Positions 17,490 through 26,852 of a stretch of 63,548 nucleotides of DNA are shown piece by piece. The notes under the pieces were generated by a model. The model had not been told where the DNA came from and searched no databases. It saw only the letters and a list, made by a program, of their open reading frames with translations. A program made the position numbers and the translations under genes. Within the stretch, counting starts at the first letter, position 1. Every line of letters begins with the position of its first letter. The DNA comes from a virus (lineage: Duplodnaviria > Caudoviricetes), in the IMG/VR virus record IMGVR_UViG_3300046167_000466, positions 1 to 63,548 of that record; one strand, written 5' to 3'.

Positions 17490-18117
17490 CTACGACCGAA
17501 ATACCAAATATCTAGAGCAGCATCGTATTATATACCGGCAAAATCCAACAACAGACGAACCAACAGAATCGTTTGACTGGGGTTGGTATTATGAAAACGG
17601 TACACATCAATGCTATACACTCTTTAACTCGCGAGCTAAAATAAACACGTATAAGAGCCTTAAATGGCATTTGTATGTGTTATGGTATCTTAATCCTCAA
17701 ATGGATCAAGAAGCGTTCGCAGGGCTTGTTAAATACATTTGTAATAAGCGCACGGGGTTTGTAACCTTCAATGTTTCAGATCAGCTTAGGGAAAGCATGA
17801 TATATGATGTTTCGTTAATGGAATTAGATACGCCGCCACCAAATAAACTACGTAAAGTTATATTTAAAGACTTCACTGGTTTAGATATGCGACAAAAGCT
17901 TTCTATAGTAGGTAAGTTAGTTGGTAGGTCTAAAATATCTGAAAGCGAAATATACGATGCGATGCTACTTATAAATGATAGTGAAATTAAAATAACGGTT
18001 GCAAGACTTGCTGATTCACTTAAATGTTCCACAAGAACTATATACCGTAATATGAGTAATGAGTTGAAAAAAGAAAAAGAATTACTTAATCAACAAGTTG
18101 ACCCGTTTACAAACTAA
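17482..18117 (+). CDS. DNA-binding protein with C-terminal HTH (possible replication initiator or regulator)
   Basis: ITVARLADSLKCSTRTIYRNM. Confidence 0.7.
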   Translation: MSYYDRNTKYLEQHRIIYRQNPTTDEPTESFDWGWYYENGTHQCYTLFNSRAKINTYKSLKWHLYVLWYLNPQMDQEAFAGLVKYICNKRTGFVTFNVSDQLRESMIYDVSLMELDTPPPNKLRKVIFKDFTGLDMRQKLSIVGKLVGRSKISESEIYDAMLLINDSEIKITVARLADSLKCSTRTIYRNMSNELKKEKELLNQQVDPFTN

Positions 18118-18139
18118 ACACGATCTTGTTTCGATAATA
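18106..18139 (+). promoter_or_regulatory. Early promoter motif (copy 10), upstream of the sigma gene
   Basis: tttaca aactaaac acga tcttgttt cgataata. Confidence 0.75.
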
Positions 18140-18144
18140 AAAAT

Positions 18145-18903
18145 ATGAAAAAATATAACATACAAAATTATATAAGATATAAAGAGGATCTAAAGACTTC
18201 TATATGTAATCTAGAAGGTAAGTTTTATGATGAATATACCAGAGATGAACTTATAATAAAGTTTATGCCACTTGTTGAGAATCTAGCGCGTAAGTTTGCA
18301 ACTTCGGATCAAGCGTCTGGTGTATTAAGTATAAACGATTTAATACAAGAAGGCAACAAGGGTTTAATTTTAGCTGTAGATAAGTTAGATTGGGGTATGC
18401 TTAATGATTCCGAAGATATTGAAAAAACTTTAAAAAGTTTCTTTAGCAAAAGAATTAAAGGAGCTATAAGACGCGCGATTGATATTAACCGAGGCGACAT
18501 ACGTATACCTGAACACAAGCTAAATGAAATACGTAAAAATCCTAAAGACGAAAAAATTGTTATGATGTTTTTCAATTCTATATTTTCTAGCATTGATGCT
18601 AATTATAATACAGATGAAGAAAATCCATTGTATCAAATACCTGATGAATCTGAGCCATACAATATAAATTTACTTAATGCTTATTTATTAAGTTTAATGA
18701 AACAACACTTAACAAGTATTGAGTATGAAGTATTACGATTATCATATGGCTTGGATTGTGACAAACACTCTGCTAACTATATAGCAGGCAAATTAAATAT
18801 AAATGTAAACACTGCAAATGTGCGTGTTTCACAAATAAAAAGAGAAGCTATAAACAAACTTATCGCTAACACTGACGCAAACCAAGTGATTGATTATCTG
18901 TAA
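18145..18903 (+). CDS. Sigma70-family RNA polymerase sigma factor
   Basis: Region 2: LVENLARKF...DLIQEGNKGLILAVDK...RIKGAIRRAI...IRIPEH; region 4: VLRLSYGL...RVSQIKREAINKL. Confidence 0.9.
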   Translation: MKKYNIQNYIRYKEDLKTSICNLEGKFYDEYTRDELIIKFMPLVENLARKFATSDQASGVLSINDLIQEGNKGLILAVDKLDWGMLNDSEDIEKTLKSFFSKRIKGAIRRAIDINRGDIRIPEHKLNEIRKNPKDEKIVMMFFNSIFSSIDANYNTDEENPLYQIPDESEPYNINLLNAYLLSLMKQHLTSIEYEVLRLSYGLDCDKHSANYIAGKLNINVNTANVRVSQIKREAINKLIANTDANQVIDYL

Positions 18904-18912
18904 GTTATGAAC

Positions 18913-18937
18913 TTAAATGCAATTAAAAATGTGTAAT
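18913..18937 (+). promoter_or_regulatory. Putative middle/late promoter TTAA-N15-TGTAAT
   Basis: Directly after the sigma gene, before the replication genes. Confidence 0.55.
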
Positions 18938-18966
18938 TATATTAATATACCAAAAAGTAAAACCTT

Positions 18967-19506
18967 ATGACCATTAATCAAAAACTGGCGACGATCCAGA
19001 CAAAGTTTAAATCGAAGAAAAGTAGATTTAACTCATTCGGCAAATATTACTTCCGATCAGCCGAAGACATTCTCGAAGCAACAAAACGATTTCTATTAGA
19101 ATTAGAAGTTAGTGTAACAATTAATGAAAAAGTAGTCTTAGTAGACTCCCCTTTTCCAATGATTGAATCTACTGCAACCATAACTGACGGCAAAGATGCT
19201 ATACACGCTACGGCGATTGTTGGCGTTGACCTTGATCAGAAAGGTATGCAAATGCCTCAAAAATTCGGTAGCGCTTCGAGTTACGGAAAGAAGTATGCGT
19301 TAGGTAATTTGTTCCTAATAGATGACACTCAAGATTCTGACGCTGTAAATACTCACGGCAAAGGAGCGAGTGCAACATTAACATCAACAAAAGATCCAGC
19401 ATTTGCTAAGGCAAAGGATTATGTGCAAAAAGGCGGAAAGCTTGATGCAATTAAAAAGAAGTATAAATTAAGCGCTGAAGTTGAAAAAGCGTTAACAACA
19501 CTTTAA
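18967..19506 (+). CDS. ERF-family single-strand annealing protein
   Basis: NSFGKYYFRSAEDILEA...QKFGSASSYGKKYALGNLFLIDD..DSD. Confidence 0.9.
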   Translation: MTINQKLATIQTKFKSKKSRFNSFGKYYFRSAEDILEATKRFLLELEVSVTINEKVVLVDSPFPMIESTATITDGKDAIHATAIVGVDLDQKGMQMPQKFGSASSYGKKYALGNLFLIDDTQDSDAVNTHGKGASATLTSTKDPAFAKAKDYVQKGGKLDAIKKKYKLSAEVEKALTTL

Positions 19507-20238
19507 ATGAAAAACAAAGCAGCTATTGAAAAGCTAAGAGACGATAAAAACTACTATGGCAAGTTTGGTAAACAATACTTGTCTAATAGTGATATTGGAA
19601 CTTTGCTTACAAATCCTTTAGCACTCGGTACACCATTAAAACCGTCAGCTGCATTTTTAGTTGGCGGTTACTTTCACACTGCAATACTAGAGCCAGATAA
19701 GCTTAAGAAGTATAAGATAGTAGAAAGTTCTACGCGGAATACCAAAGCGTATAAAGAGATCTCAGGCGGTGAGCTGTGTCTTCTACAAAAAGAAGTAGAT
19801 CAAATTGAACTAATGACAGACAAGATGTTAGAGAACGATGTCTGCCGTGGTTTAATACGGGGTACTAAAGTAGATTACGAACAGCCTGCGATTACAGAGT
19901 TAGAAGGCTTGCAATGGAAAGGCAAAGCGGATATTGTTAATCACGAAGAAGGTTTAATAATTGATTTAAAAACCACGGGTGATATAACAAAATTTCGTAG
20001 CTCAGCATGGCGATACAATTACGACTCACAAGCTTACATTTATAGTAAACTATTTGGTTATGAAATGTTGTTTATAGTAATAGACAAAAATACACACCAA
20101 ATAGGAATATTTGATTGCTCACCTGAATTTTATCAGCGCGGTGCAGACAAAGTTCAACAAGCGGCAGAACAATATAAATTGTTTTACCAAAATCCGGATT
20201 TCGATCCAAACAATTATTTTATTAACAAAACCCTTTAA
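19507..20238 (+). CDS. PD-(D/E)XK exonuclease (RecE/DUF3799-like)
   Basis: LSNSD, GGYFHTAILEP, KGKAD, IIDLKTT, YDSQAYIY. Confidence 0.85.
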   Translation: MKNKAAIEKLRDDKNYYGKFGKQYLSNSDIGTLLTNPLALGTPLKPSAAFLVGGYFHTAILEPDKLKKYKIVESSTRNTKAYKEISGGELCLLQKEVDQIELMTDKMLENDVCRGLIRGTKVDYEQPAITELEGLQWKGKADIVNHEEGLIIDLKTTGDITKFRSSAWRYNYDSQAYIYSKLFGYEMLFIVIDKNTHQIGIFDCSPEFYQRGADKVQQAAEQYKLFYQNPDFDPNNYFINKTL

Positions 20239-20241
20239 AAA

Positions 20242-20421
20242 ATGGCAAGAACCAGAAAACCACGTACAAGAACTTGTACAGTAACCGGAATGGAAACTAG
20301 TGTAAATAATTTTTATGCTAATCAAAATCATGTAAAAGCCGTAGACAACTTGAGGCGGAATAGCGGCGCAACTAAAGATCAGTTGCAAAGAATGTTTAAT
20401 CAATTAAATGCATATGTATAA
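20242..20421 (+). CDS. Small hypothetical protein (59 aa)
   Basis: Manual ORF MARTRKPRTRTCTVTG... Confidence 0.6.
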   Translation: MARTRKPRTRTCTVTGMETSVNNFYANQNHVKAVDNLRRNSGATKDQLQRMFNQLNAYV

Positions 20422-20735
20422 TGGCAAGTATAATTAAAACGAGTATCAATTTATCGGAAATCCCGAAAGATAAAGTAATCATTGGTAAGAAAGGTAAGTA
20501 TTTACCTATTACAATTACATTAAATGACGAAGCAGATCAGTTTGGGAATCAAGGTCCGGTAGTTGTAGCACAATCAAAAGAAGAGCGTGAAGCTAAACAA
20601 AAGAAAATTTACTTAGGTAATGTTCAAGTTGTTTGGACTAATGGCGACAACGTTGCTGCAGCACCAAGACAAGACCAGCCAATGCAAGCTGCTCCAGTGG
20701 GGCAAACTGCACCTGCAGACGATCTACCATTTTAA
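20421..20735 (+). CDS. Probable single-stranded DNA-binding protein
   Basis: GKKGKYL, DQFGN, KIYLGN and SSB-type C-terminal DDLPF. Confidence 0.75.
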   Translation: MASIIKTSINLSEIPKDKVIIGKKGKYLPITITLNDEADQFGNQGPVVVAQSKEEREAKQKKIYLGNVQVVWTNGDNVAAAPRQDQPMQAAPVGQTAPADDLPF

Positions 20736-20845
20736 TGCACTATAAAAATAACGGCGAACTAGCGTGTCAAATGTGTCACGCTGGTATGTCGCAAGAGGAA
20801 TATGACTTTTGTGATATATGTCCAGAATGCAGAGACCAATGGTAG
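20735..20845 (+). CDS. Small zinc-finger protein (36 aa)
   Basis: Manual ORF ...CQMC...CDICPEC. Confidence 0.5.
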   Translation: MHYKNNGELACQMCHAGMSQEEYDFCDICPECRDQW

Positions 20846-20919
20846 ATGAAAACGATTACATTAGTATAACTACAGATAGCAATGGTAATGTAACATTAAT
20901 AGAAGATTAATTTAATTAA

Positions 20920-22629
20920 ATGCAGACAACAGAGATCAATGGATTTGTTATTGACGAGTTCAATATACATAAGCTTGAAGAGGGTAAAAAGCAGGGTGTA
21001 TGCCCTGTGTGCTCCCACGATAGAAAACCCAAGAATCAAAAAGCAAAATGTGCTTCTTACGATTGGGAACGGGGTCTCGGTACTTGTCATAATTGTAATA
21101 AATCATTTCAACTACATACGTATCAGCGCAAAGGTAAAGCTGAAAAGGTTTACGTTAAACCTGAACCAGTTGCTATACACAAGCCAGGTACAAAAGTAGA
21201 AGAGTGGTTTAAAACTCGTGGTATATCTCAGGAAACCCTTGCTGATCTTAAAATTAGTGAGGGCCCTGAATATATGCCTCAGACCGGTAAATCCGAGAAT
21301 GTAATAAAGTTCAATTATTTTATGGGCGGCGAATTAACTAATGTTAAATACCGTGATGGAAGAAAGAACTTTAAATTATATAAGGGTGCTGAAAAAGTAT
21401 TCTACAATATAGATAGCATCGTAGGTTGGGAGTATTGTATTATTGTTGAAGGCGAAATGGACGTATTAGCGTTGCATGAAGCTGGTATAACAAACGCAAT
21501 ATCTGTTCCTAACGGTGCAACACTTAATACTAACAACTTAGATTATTTAGACAATTGTATAGATTATTTCGAAGACAAAGAGAAGATTATATTGGCCGTA
21601 GATTCAGACGAAGCTGGCCAAGCCTTACAAACAGAGTTAATACGTAGATTAGGATCTGAAGTATGCTACATAGCAACGTTTGATGATTGTAAAGACGCTA
21701 ACGAATATTTAATAAAGCATGGAAAAGAAAAATTGGCGGAGCGTATTTCAAGAAGCAAGCCGGTACCGCTGGAAAATGTTACTACTTTCAGAGACATCGA
21801 AGATGAAGTTACGGACTTTGTTCGTAATGGCTTTAAGAAAGGATTTCAAGTTGGGCTTAGTAATTTTGATGAAATATTTTCAACTTATACCGGTCAATTT
21901 ATTACTGTCACTGGTATACCTTCTTCCGGTAAAAGTGATTTTGTCGATCAAATGGTTGTCGGCTATAATGCGAACTATGGTTGGAAAACAGCTTTCGCTT
22001 CGCCAGAAAATGTACCAACGTATCTTCACGCTCATAAGTTAATGCGTAAGACTTGGCAAGGTATGCCTTCTAAAGAAGATATTGGTGGTGATAAATGGAA
22101 TCAAATAGCGGATCATTGTAATGATAATTACTTCCACATTGATATGGAACGTTATACTTTAGAATCAGTGCTTAAGAAAGGTGCTGAGCTGGTTAAGCGT
22201 AAAGGTATTAAATGTTTAGTTATAGATCCATACAATAAAGTTAGAGACGTTGATTGTAAAACTGAAGATGTTAATCGTTATACAATGGAGTACCTAACTA
22301 AGATTGAAATCTTTGCTAAGAAGTTTGATGTGTTAGTCTTTATAGTGGCTCACCCTACTAAGATGTATAAAACGCAAGATGGTAAAATTGAAGAACCATC
22401 AATGTATAACATTAAAGGCGGTGGTGAATGGTATGATGCTAGTTATCATGGGCTATTAGTTCACAGAGACTATGAGGCTAAAACTGTTAAAGCTAAAGTA
22501 TTGAAAGTTAAATTTCAAAACCTTGGTGAGAATGGCGCTGAAGCTCATTTCAAATGGGAGCCAAAGTCAGGTTGTTTCATTCCTCACGAGCAAGTTAATC
22601 TTGCTGGCGAGAAAATGCCCTGGGAATAA
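20920..22629 (+). CDS. Primase-helicase (T7 gp4/Twinkle-like)
   Basis: Zn finger CPVC...CHNC, TOPRIM VEGEMD/DSDEAG/KDAN, Walker A GIPSSGKS, LVIDPYN, VAHP. Confidence 0.93.
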   Translation: MQTTEINGFVIDEFNIHKLEEGKKQGVCPVCSHDRKPKNQKAKCASYDWERGLGTCHNCNKSFQLHTYQRKGKAEKVYVKPEPVAIHKPGTKVEEWFKTRGISQETLADLKISEGPEYMPQTGKSENVIKFNYFMGGELTNVKYRDGRKNFKLYKGAEKVFYNIDSIVGWEYCIIVEGEMDVLALHEAGITNAISVPNGATLNTNNLDYLDNCIDYFEDKEKIILAVDSDEAGQALQTELIRRLGSEVCYIATFDDCKDANEYLIKHGKEKLAERISRSKPVPLENVTTFRDIEDEVTDFVRNGFKKGFQVGLSNFDEIFSTYTGQFITVTGIPSSGKSDFVDQMVVGYNANYGWKTAFASPENVPTYLHAHKLMRKTWQGMPSKEDIGGDKWNQIADHCNDNYFHIDMERYTLESVLKKGAELVKRKGIKCLVIDPYNKVRDVDCKTEDVNRYTMEYLTKIEIFAKKFDVLVFIVAHPTKMYKTQDGKIEEPSMYNIKGGGEWYDASYHGLLVHRDYEAKTVKAKVLKVKFQNLGENGAEAHFKWEPKSGCFIPHEQVNLAGEKMPWE

Positions 22630-22904
22630 TGCCAAGTTTATATGGCAAGCGAGCAAAACCAATGCCACCATATACCGCTAGCGATGAAGAGTGGAAGGCG
22701 TATAGATATTGTGTTAGAAACAACATAAGAATATCACCTTATGGAATACAAAATGATACGGATCACTGGCATATAGCTATTAGTTTAGGTCCATATCAAA
22801 AATGGGAAAAGCCACACTTGTCACCGAGCAAGTATTGTAGAAAAACAATTTGGATAGAGTATTATAAAATGTGTAAATATTATTATGATAAATATAGAAA
22901 ATGA
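22629..22904 (+). CDS. Hypothetical protein
   Basis: 91 aa, coupled to the helicase. Confidence 0.65.
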   Translation: MPSLYGKRAKPMPPYTASDEEWKAYRYCVRNNIRISPYGIQNDTDHWHIAISLGPYQKWEKPHLSPSKYCRKTIWIEYYKMCKYYYDKYRK

Positions 22905-23721
22905 ATATAGAGGACTTATGGCAGGAATTCTCTACGGAGGATCTGACAAGGCGGATAGAACAGAGACTGGGACGAAGTCTGTCTTCGGAAGAACGATTAA
23001 GCATGACATGTCACTTGGCTTCCCTATACTCACATCAAAGAAAATAAGTTTTAATGCAGCAAGAACAGAATTGCTTTGGATATTACAAGGTAGAACTGAT
23101 CTTAAATACTTAGAAGATAATGGTGTTAAGTATTGGAGACCAGACTATGAACGTTCAGGCAGAACAGACGAAACACTTGGTCCTGTATATGGCAAGCAAT
23201 GGCGCGATTTTAATGGTGTAGATCAGCTTTATAAACTTGTAGGCAACATAAGTATTAATCCGAAATCAAGACGTCTTATGGTTAGCGCATGGAACCCGGC
23301 TGATATGCCGGATATGGTTTTACCTCCATGTCATTATGCTTTTCAAGTATATATTAACAACGGCACAATGGATTTGATGTGGCAGCAACGTTCGGCTGAT
23401 GTATTTTTAGGTTTGCCTTATGATATTGCAATGTACGGTTTGCTATTAGAAATGCTAGCTAAAGGTGCTGGTTTGAAAGCTGGTAGACTTATTGGCCAAC
23501 TTGGTGATTGTCATTTATATAATAATCATTTAGAGCAAGCCCAAGTATACTTAGATAGACCAAAGCGAGCATTACCAAAGCTACAATTAGATGAAGGTAT
23601 TAGAATATCTAAAAAAATGGATGCTCATAGTAAGTTAATTATACCAGAAATTGATGAAATAAAATTAAATAACTACAATCCTTTACCTGCTATTAAAGCG
23701 GAACTAAGTGTTGGTAACTAA
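22885..23721 (+). CDS. thyA: Thymidylate synthase family protein (Asp at the Asn177 position)
   Basis: DRTETGT, ELLW, GPVYGKQWR, SRR, LPPCH, QRSADVFLGLPYD, DCHLY. Confidence 0.9.
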   Translation: MINIENEYRGLMAGILYGGSDKADRTETGTKSVFGRTIKHDMSLGFPILTSKKISFNAARTELLWILQGRTDLKYLEDNGVKYWRPDYERSGRTDETLGPVYGKQWRDFNGVDQLYKLVGNISINPKSRRLMVSAWNPADMPDMVLPPCHYAFQVYINNGTMDLMWQQRSADVFLGLPYDIAMYGLLLEMLAKGAGLKAGRLIGQLGDCHLYNNHLEQAQVYLDRPKRALPKLQLDEGIRISKKMDAHSKLIIPEIDEIKLNNYNPLPAIKAELSVGN

Positions 23722-23729
23722 CAAAAAAT

Positions 23730-24500
23730 ATGTATAACATTTATCACATTCCTGGTAAAAAGATCGGAGTTACATGTGATCTTAATAAGAGGGTTACGGA
23801 GCAGCAAGGTTATGCACCAGGCGAATACGAAGTTTTATTTACGAGTGATGATATTAATTTAATATCTAACAAAGAGATAGAACTTCAACAGTCTTATGGC
23901 TACAGAAAAGACAGAACATTATATAAAAATTTATTTAAATCAAATATGAGAATAAACCCAACAGAACAAACAAGTACATTCCCTGTTCCTATAAATAAAC
24001 TTAAGGGCAACCTTATGGATAACATAGGATTGGAATGGGAAACACCAGACTATAAGTTTAAATTAGAAAAAGAACATATACCCTGGGTAATGCAAAACGC
24101 AAGAACCTCGATGTTTAATGACGATCGAAGCTATATTTACAATAAGGCTTTCTATGAAGCCTTTTTTAATCCAAAGCATAATCCAAAGACAACAGCTCTA
24201 AACAGCACTAGATTTGATTTAATACGCGATTGGGCCGCTGTAAGGGGTATATATGACAAAGGCGATTCTAATACTCAATATGTTAAACTAATGGAAGAAG
24301 CTGGAGAACTAGCTAAAGCATTACTTAATAAAGATAAACCAGAAGTTATCGATGCTATTGGTGATATGATAGTTGTATTAACAAACTTAGCTGCTTTAGA
24401 AAATCTTAATGTAGAAGACTGTATTGATTCAGCTTACAAAGTAATAGCACAGCGTAAAGGTAAAATGATTAACGGAACGTTTGTAAAACAAACATTATAA
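23730..24500 (+). CDS. MazG-like NTP pyrophosphohydrolase with N-terminal GIY-YIG-like extension
   Basis: C-terminal KLMEEAGELAKA...DAIGDMIVVL; N-terminal YNIYHI...KIGVTCDLNKR. Confidence 0.8.
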   Translation: MYNIYHIPGKKIGVTCDLNKRVTEQQGYAPGEYEVLFTSDDINLISNKEIELQQSYGYRKDRTLYKNLFKSNMRINPTEQTSTFPVPINKLKGNLMDNIGLEWETPDYKFKLEKEHIPWVMQNARTSMFNDDRSYIYNKAFYEAFFNPKHNPKTTALNSTRFDLIRDWAAVRGIYDKGDSNTQYVKLMEEAGELAKALLNKDKPEVIDAIGDMIVVLTNLAALENLNVEDCIDSAYKVIAQRKGKMINGTFVKQTL

Positions 24501-24597
24501 TGTGCATAAAAACACACGTTAAGTACAAAAAACGTGTATAACGCATATAAAAACGTACATAAACCTAATAAACGCATAAATTAATATACAAATTATA

Positions 24598-24861
24598 ATG
24601 AATAAAAAAGAAATAGAATTTAGAGACCCAGTTGTTGAACGCGTAGTAGATAAGTTTATATCTAGATCAGATATTGGCTTTGAAAAATACGGAATAACGC
24701 TTGAAGAAGATATGTCTAATGTTTTTATTTGGATAAATCATTTACAAGAAGAACTTATGGATGCTGTGTTGTACCTTCAAAAGCTTAAAGAATCTAGCAC
24801 TGAAGAGTTACAAGAAGCGCTATTAAAAAACATCGAAGTAAATGAGGAAACTACCTTATAA
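24598..24861 (+). CDS. Hypothetical phage protein
   Basis: RSDIGFEKYGITL...HLQEELMDAVLY. Confidence 0.7.
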   Translation: MNKKEIEFRDPVVERVVDKFISRSDIGFEKYGITLEEDMSNVFIWINHLQEELMDAVLYLQKLKESSTEELQEALLKNIEVNEETTL

Positions 24862-25300
24862 AAGAAAGAAAAAGCGTGGTCCTGTTGTAAGTAAAAAAGT
24901 TACTTACGATGGGATCAACTTTGCTTCAGGACTGGAACGTTATATGTATATAGCGTTAAAGAAAGCAAAGATCAAAGCTAAATATGAAGGTGAAACATTT
25001 GTTTTATTAAATGGTTTTCATTTTGAAAACGAGGTATATGAGAGACAAGCTAATGGTAAAGGTGATTACAAAAATAGGGGATGCAAAAGAATATTACCTA
25101 TTAAATATACGCCCGATTTTATTGGCGATAATTTCATAATTGAAACAAAAGGAAGAGCTAATGAATCTTTTCCAATGCGCTGGAAATTATTTAAGCAGTT
25201 GGTTATGCGGCAGTTTCCAAACACAACACTTTATAAACCACAAAATCAAAAAGAATGCGACAGAACAGTAGAGTTGATTCTAGAAAAGCTAAAGACTTAG
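24842..25300 (+). CDS. T7 endonuclease I-like Holliday junction resolvase
   Basis: FASGLE, YE, YTPDF, IIETKG. Confidence 0.8.
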   Translation: MRKLPYKRKKKRGPVVSKKVTYDGINFASGLERYMYIALKKAKIKAKYEGETFVLLNGFHFENEVYERQANGKGDYKNRGCKRILPIKYTPDFIGDNFIIETKGRANESFPMRWKLFKQLVMRQFPNTTLYKPQNQKECDRTVELILEKLKT

Positions 25301-25425
25301 CTAGACGCAAATATGCTCAAAGGCAAATTGATAAATGGGTTAAGTGGTCTTGGGAGCAGCGAGGCAAAGTGCTATACACAGAATTAGTTAAATTACAAGA
25401 AGAATACGGCATAAAATGCTATTAA
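25255..25425 (+). CDS. Small hypothetical protein (56 aa)
   Basis: Manual ORF ...ARRKYAQRQIDKWVKWSW... Confidence 0.5.
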   Translation: MRQNSRVDSRKAKDLARRKYAQRQIDKWVKWSWEQRGKVLYTELVKLQEEYGIKCY

Positions 25426-25435
25426 CAATGAATAT

Positions 25436-25588
25436 ATGAAAGAAAATCCAAATGAATCCGCATGGTCAATATCTATAGGTTTTTATCCTGGAGTTTTAAT
25501 AGGTATGAGAACATACCCGGAACAAGACCACACAACGCACGTATTTTATTTACCATTCATAGACCTAGCAATAGAAATATATAAGTAA
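25436..25588 (+). CDS. Small hypothetical protein (50 aa)
   Basis: Manual ORF ...WSISIGFYPGVLIGMRTY...YLPFID; TAATG coupling to nrdB. Confidence 0.55.
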   Translation: MKENPNESAWSISIGFYPGVLIGMRTYPEQDHTTHVFYLPFIDLAIEIYK

Positions 25589-26556
25589 TGGGGTTATTTG
25601 ATGAGCGCGTAGCGTATAAGCCATTTGAATATCCTGATTATTATACAGAAGGTTGGCTAAAGCAAGCACAGGCATTTTGGTTACACACTGAAATACCTAT
25701 GCAAGGTGATATAAAAGACTGGAAAGAAAAATTAACACCAGAAGAAAAGAATTTAGTAGGTAATATACTATTAGGTTTTGCACAAACCGAATGTGCTGTT
25801 TCAGATTACTGGACACAAAAAGTGGTATCATGGTTTCCTAAACACGAAATACAGCAAATGGCCATGATGTTCGGGTCACAAGAAACAATACATGCTGTAG
25901 CGTATAGTTATTTAAATGAAACACTTGGTCTTGAAAATTATGAAGCCTTTCTCCATGAGCCTGCAACTGCTGAAAGGTTTGACAACCTGGTTGCTTATGG
26001 CGGGACAAGCTCTGTTGGTATTGGCAAGTCTCTTGCTGTTTTTAGTGCTTTTGCTGAGGGGGTTAGTTTATATTCTGCTTTTGCTGTTCTCTATTCTTTT
26101 CAATTAAGAAACTTATTAAAAGGTATAGGGCAACAAATGAAGTGGAGTGTGCGAGACGAATCTTTACACAGTAAAATGGGGTGTAAGTTGTTTCGTGATA
26201 TGTGCAGTGAAAACAATCAATTATTGGATTTATGTCGGGAAGATATTATTTCTGCCGCCGAAACAATGGTAAAACTTGAAGGTAAGTATATAGATAAAAT
26301 GTTCGAGATGGGTGACATTGAAGGCATTAAAGCAAATGATTTAAAACACTTTATAAAGAAAAGAACAAATGAAAAACTGGTGGAACTTGGTTATATTGAC
26401 CTTGGCTCGTACTTCCCGTATGACAAAGATGCAGCGGCTAATCTTGATTGGTTCTATCATCTTACCGGCGGGGTCACTCATACTGATTTTTTCGCGGTTC
26501 GGCCGACGGACTATTCGAAAGCTGGTGAAGGTGAGGACTTTGAAGACATTTGGTAA
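25588..26556 (+). CDS. nrdB: Ribonucleotide reductase class I beta subunit
   Basis: FWLHTEI, QETIHAVAY (radical Tyr), AEGVSLYSAF, RDESLH, DFF...TDY. Confidence 0.93.
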   Translation: MGLFDERVAYKPFEYPDYYTEGWLKQAQAFWLHTEIPMQGDIKDWKEKLTPEEKNLVGNILLGFAQTECAVSDYWTQKVVSWFPKHEIQQMAMMFGSQETIHAVAYSYLNETLGLENYEAFLHEPATAERFDNLVAYGGTSSVGIGKSLAVFSAFAEGVSLYSAFAVLYSFQLRNLLKGIGQQMKWSVRDESLHSKMGCKLFRDMCSENNQLLDLCREDIISAAETMVKLEGKYIDKMFEMGDIEGIKANDLKHFIKKRTNEKLVELGYIDLGSYFPYDKDAAANLDWFYHLTGGVTHTDFFAVRPTDYSKAGEGEDFEDIW

Positions 26557-26579
26557 TTTAATAACCGAAGAAGAAATAT

Positions 26580-26852
26580 ATGAAGACCTCTACGACAAAG
26601 CGTAGTCTGTTGAAAGCGCTTGTAAGACAAAGAAGATTAAAGCCTCAAGAGAGGATAGCAAATAGGTTAGGATATATGGGGACTGGATTTATGATGACAG
26701 CTCCCCATCTCCTGCCGGATACAACTGGCATGGTAGTATATATTATCGCCGGCGTAATATCAATACCGCAAGTATTTGTTGCAAAGCAATGGAACTTAGT
26801 GGCGGTTAATTTAAACGTAGCAATAGCCTACACAATATTATACTTTACATAA
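26580..26852 (+). CDS. Small multi-pass membrane protein between nrdB and nrdA
   Basis: Three hydrophobic segments. Confidence 0.65.
   Translation: MKTSTTKRSLLKALVRQRRLKPQERIANRLGYMGTGFMMTAPHLLPDTTGMVVYIIAGVISIPQVFVAKQWNLVAVNLNVAIAYTILYFT

Noticed and set aside
8339-18139. CRISPR array or mobile repeat explanation for the repeated early motif
   Set aside because: The copies are irregularly spaced, have variable internal spacers and always sit upstream of genes, which is promoter-like.
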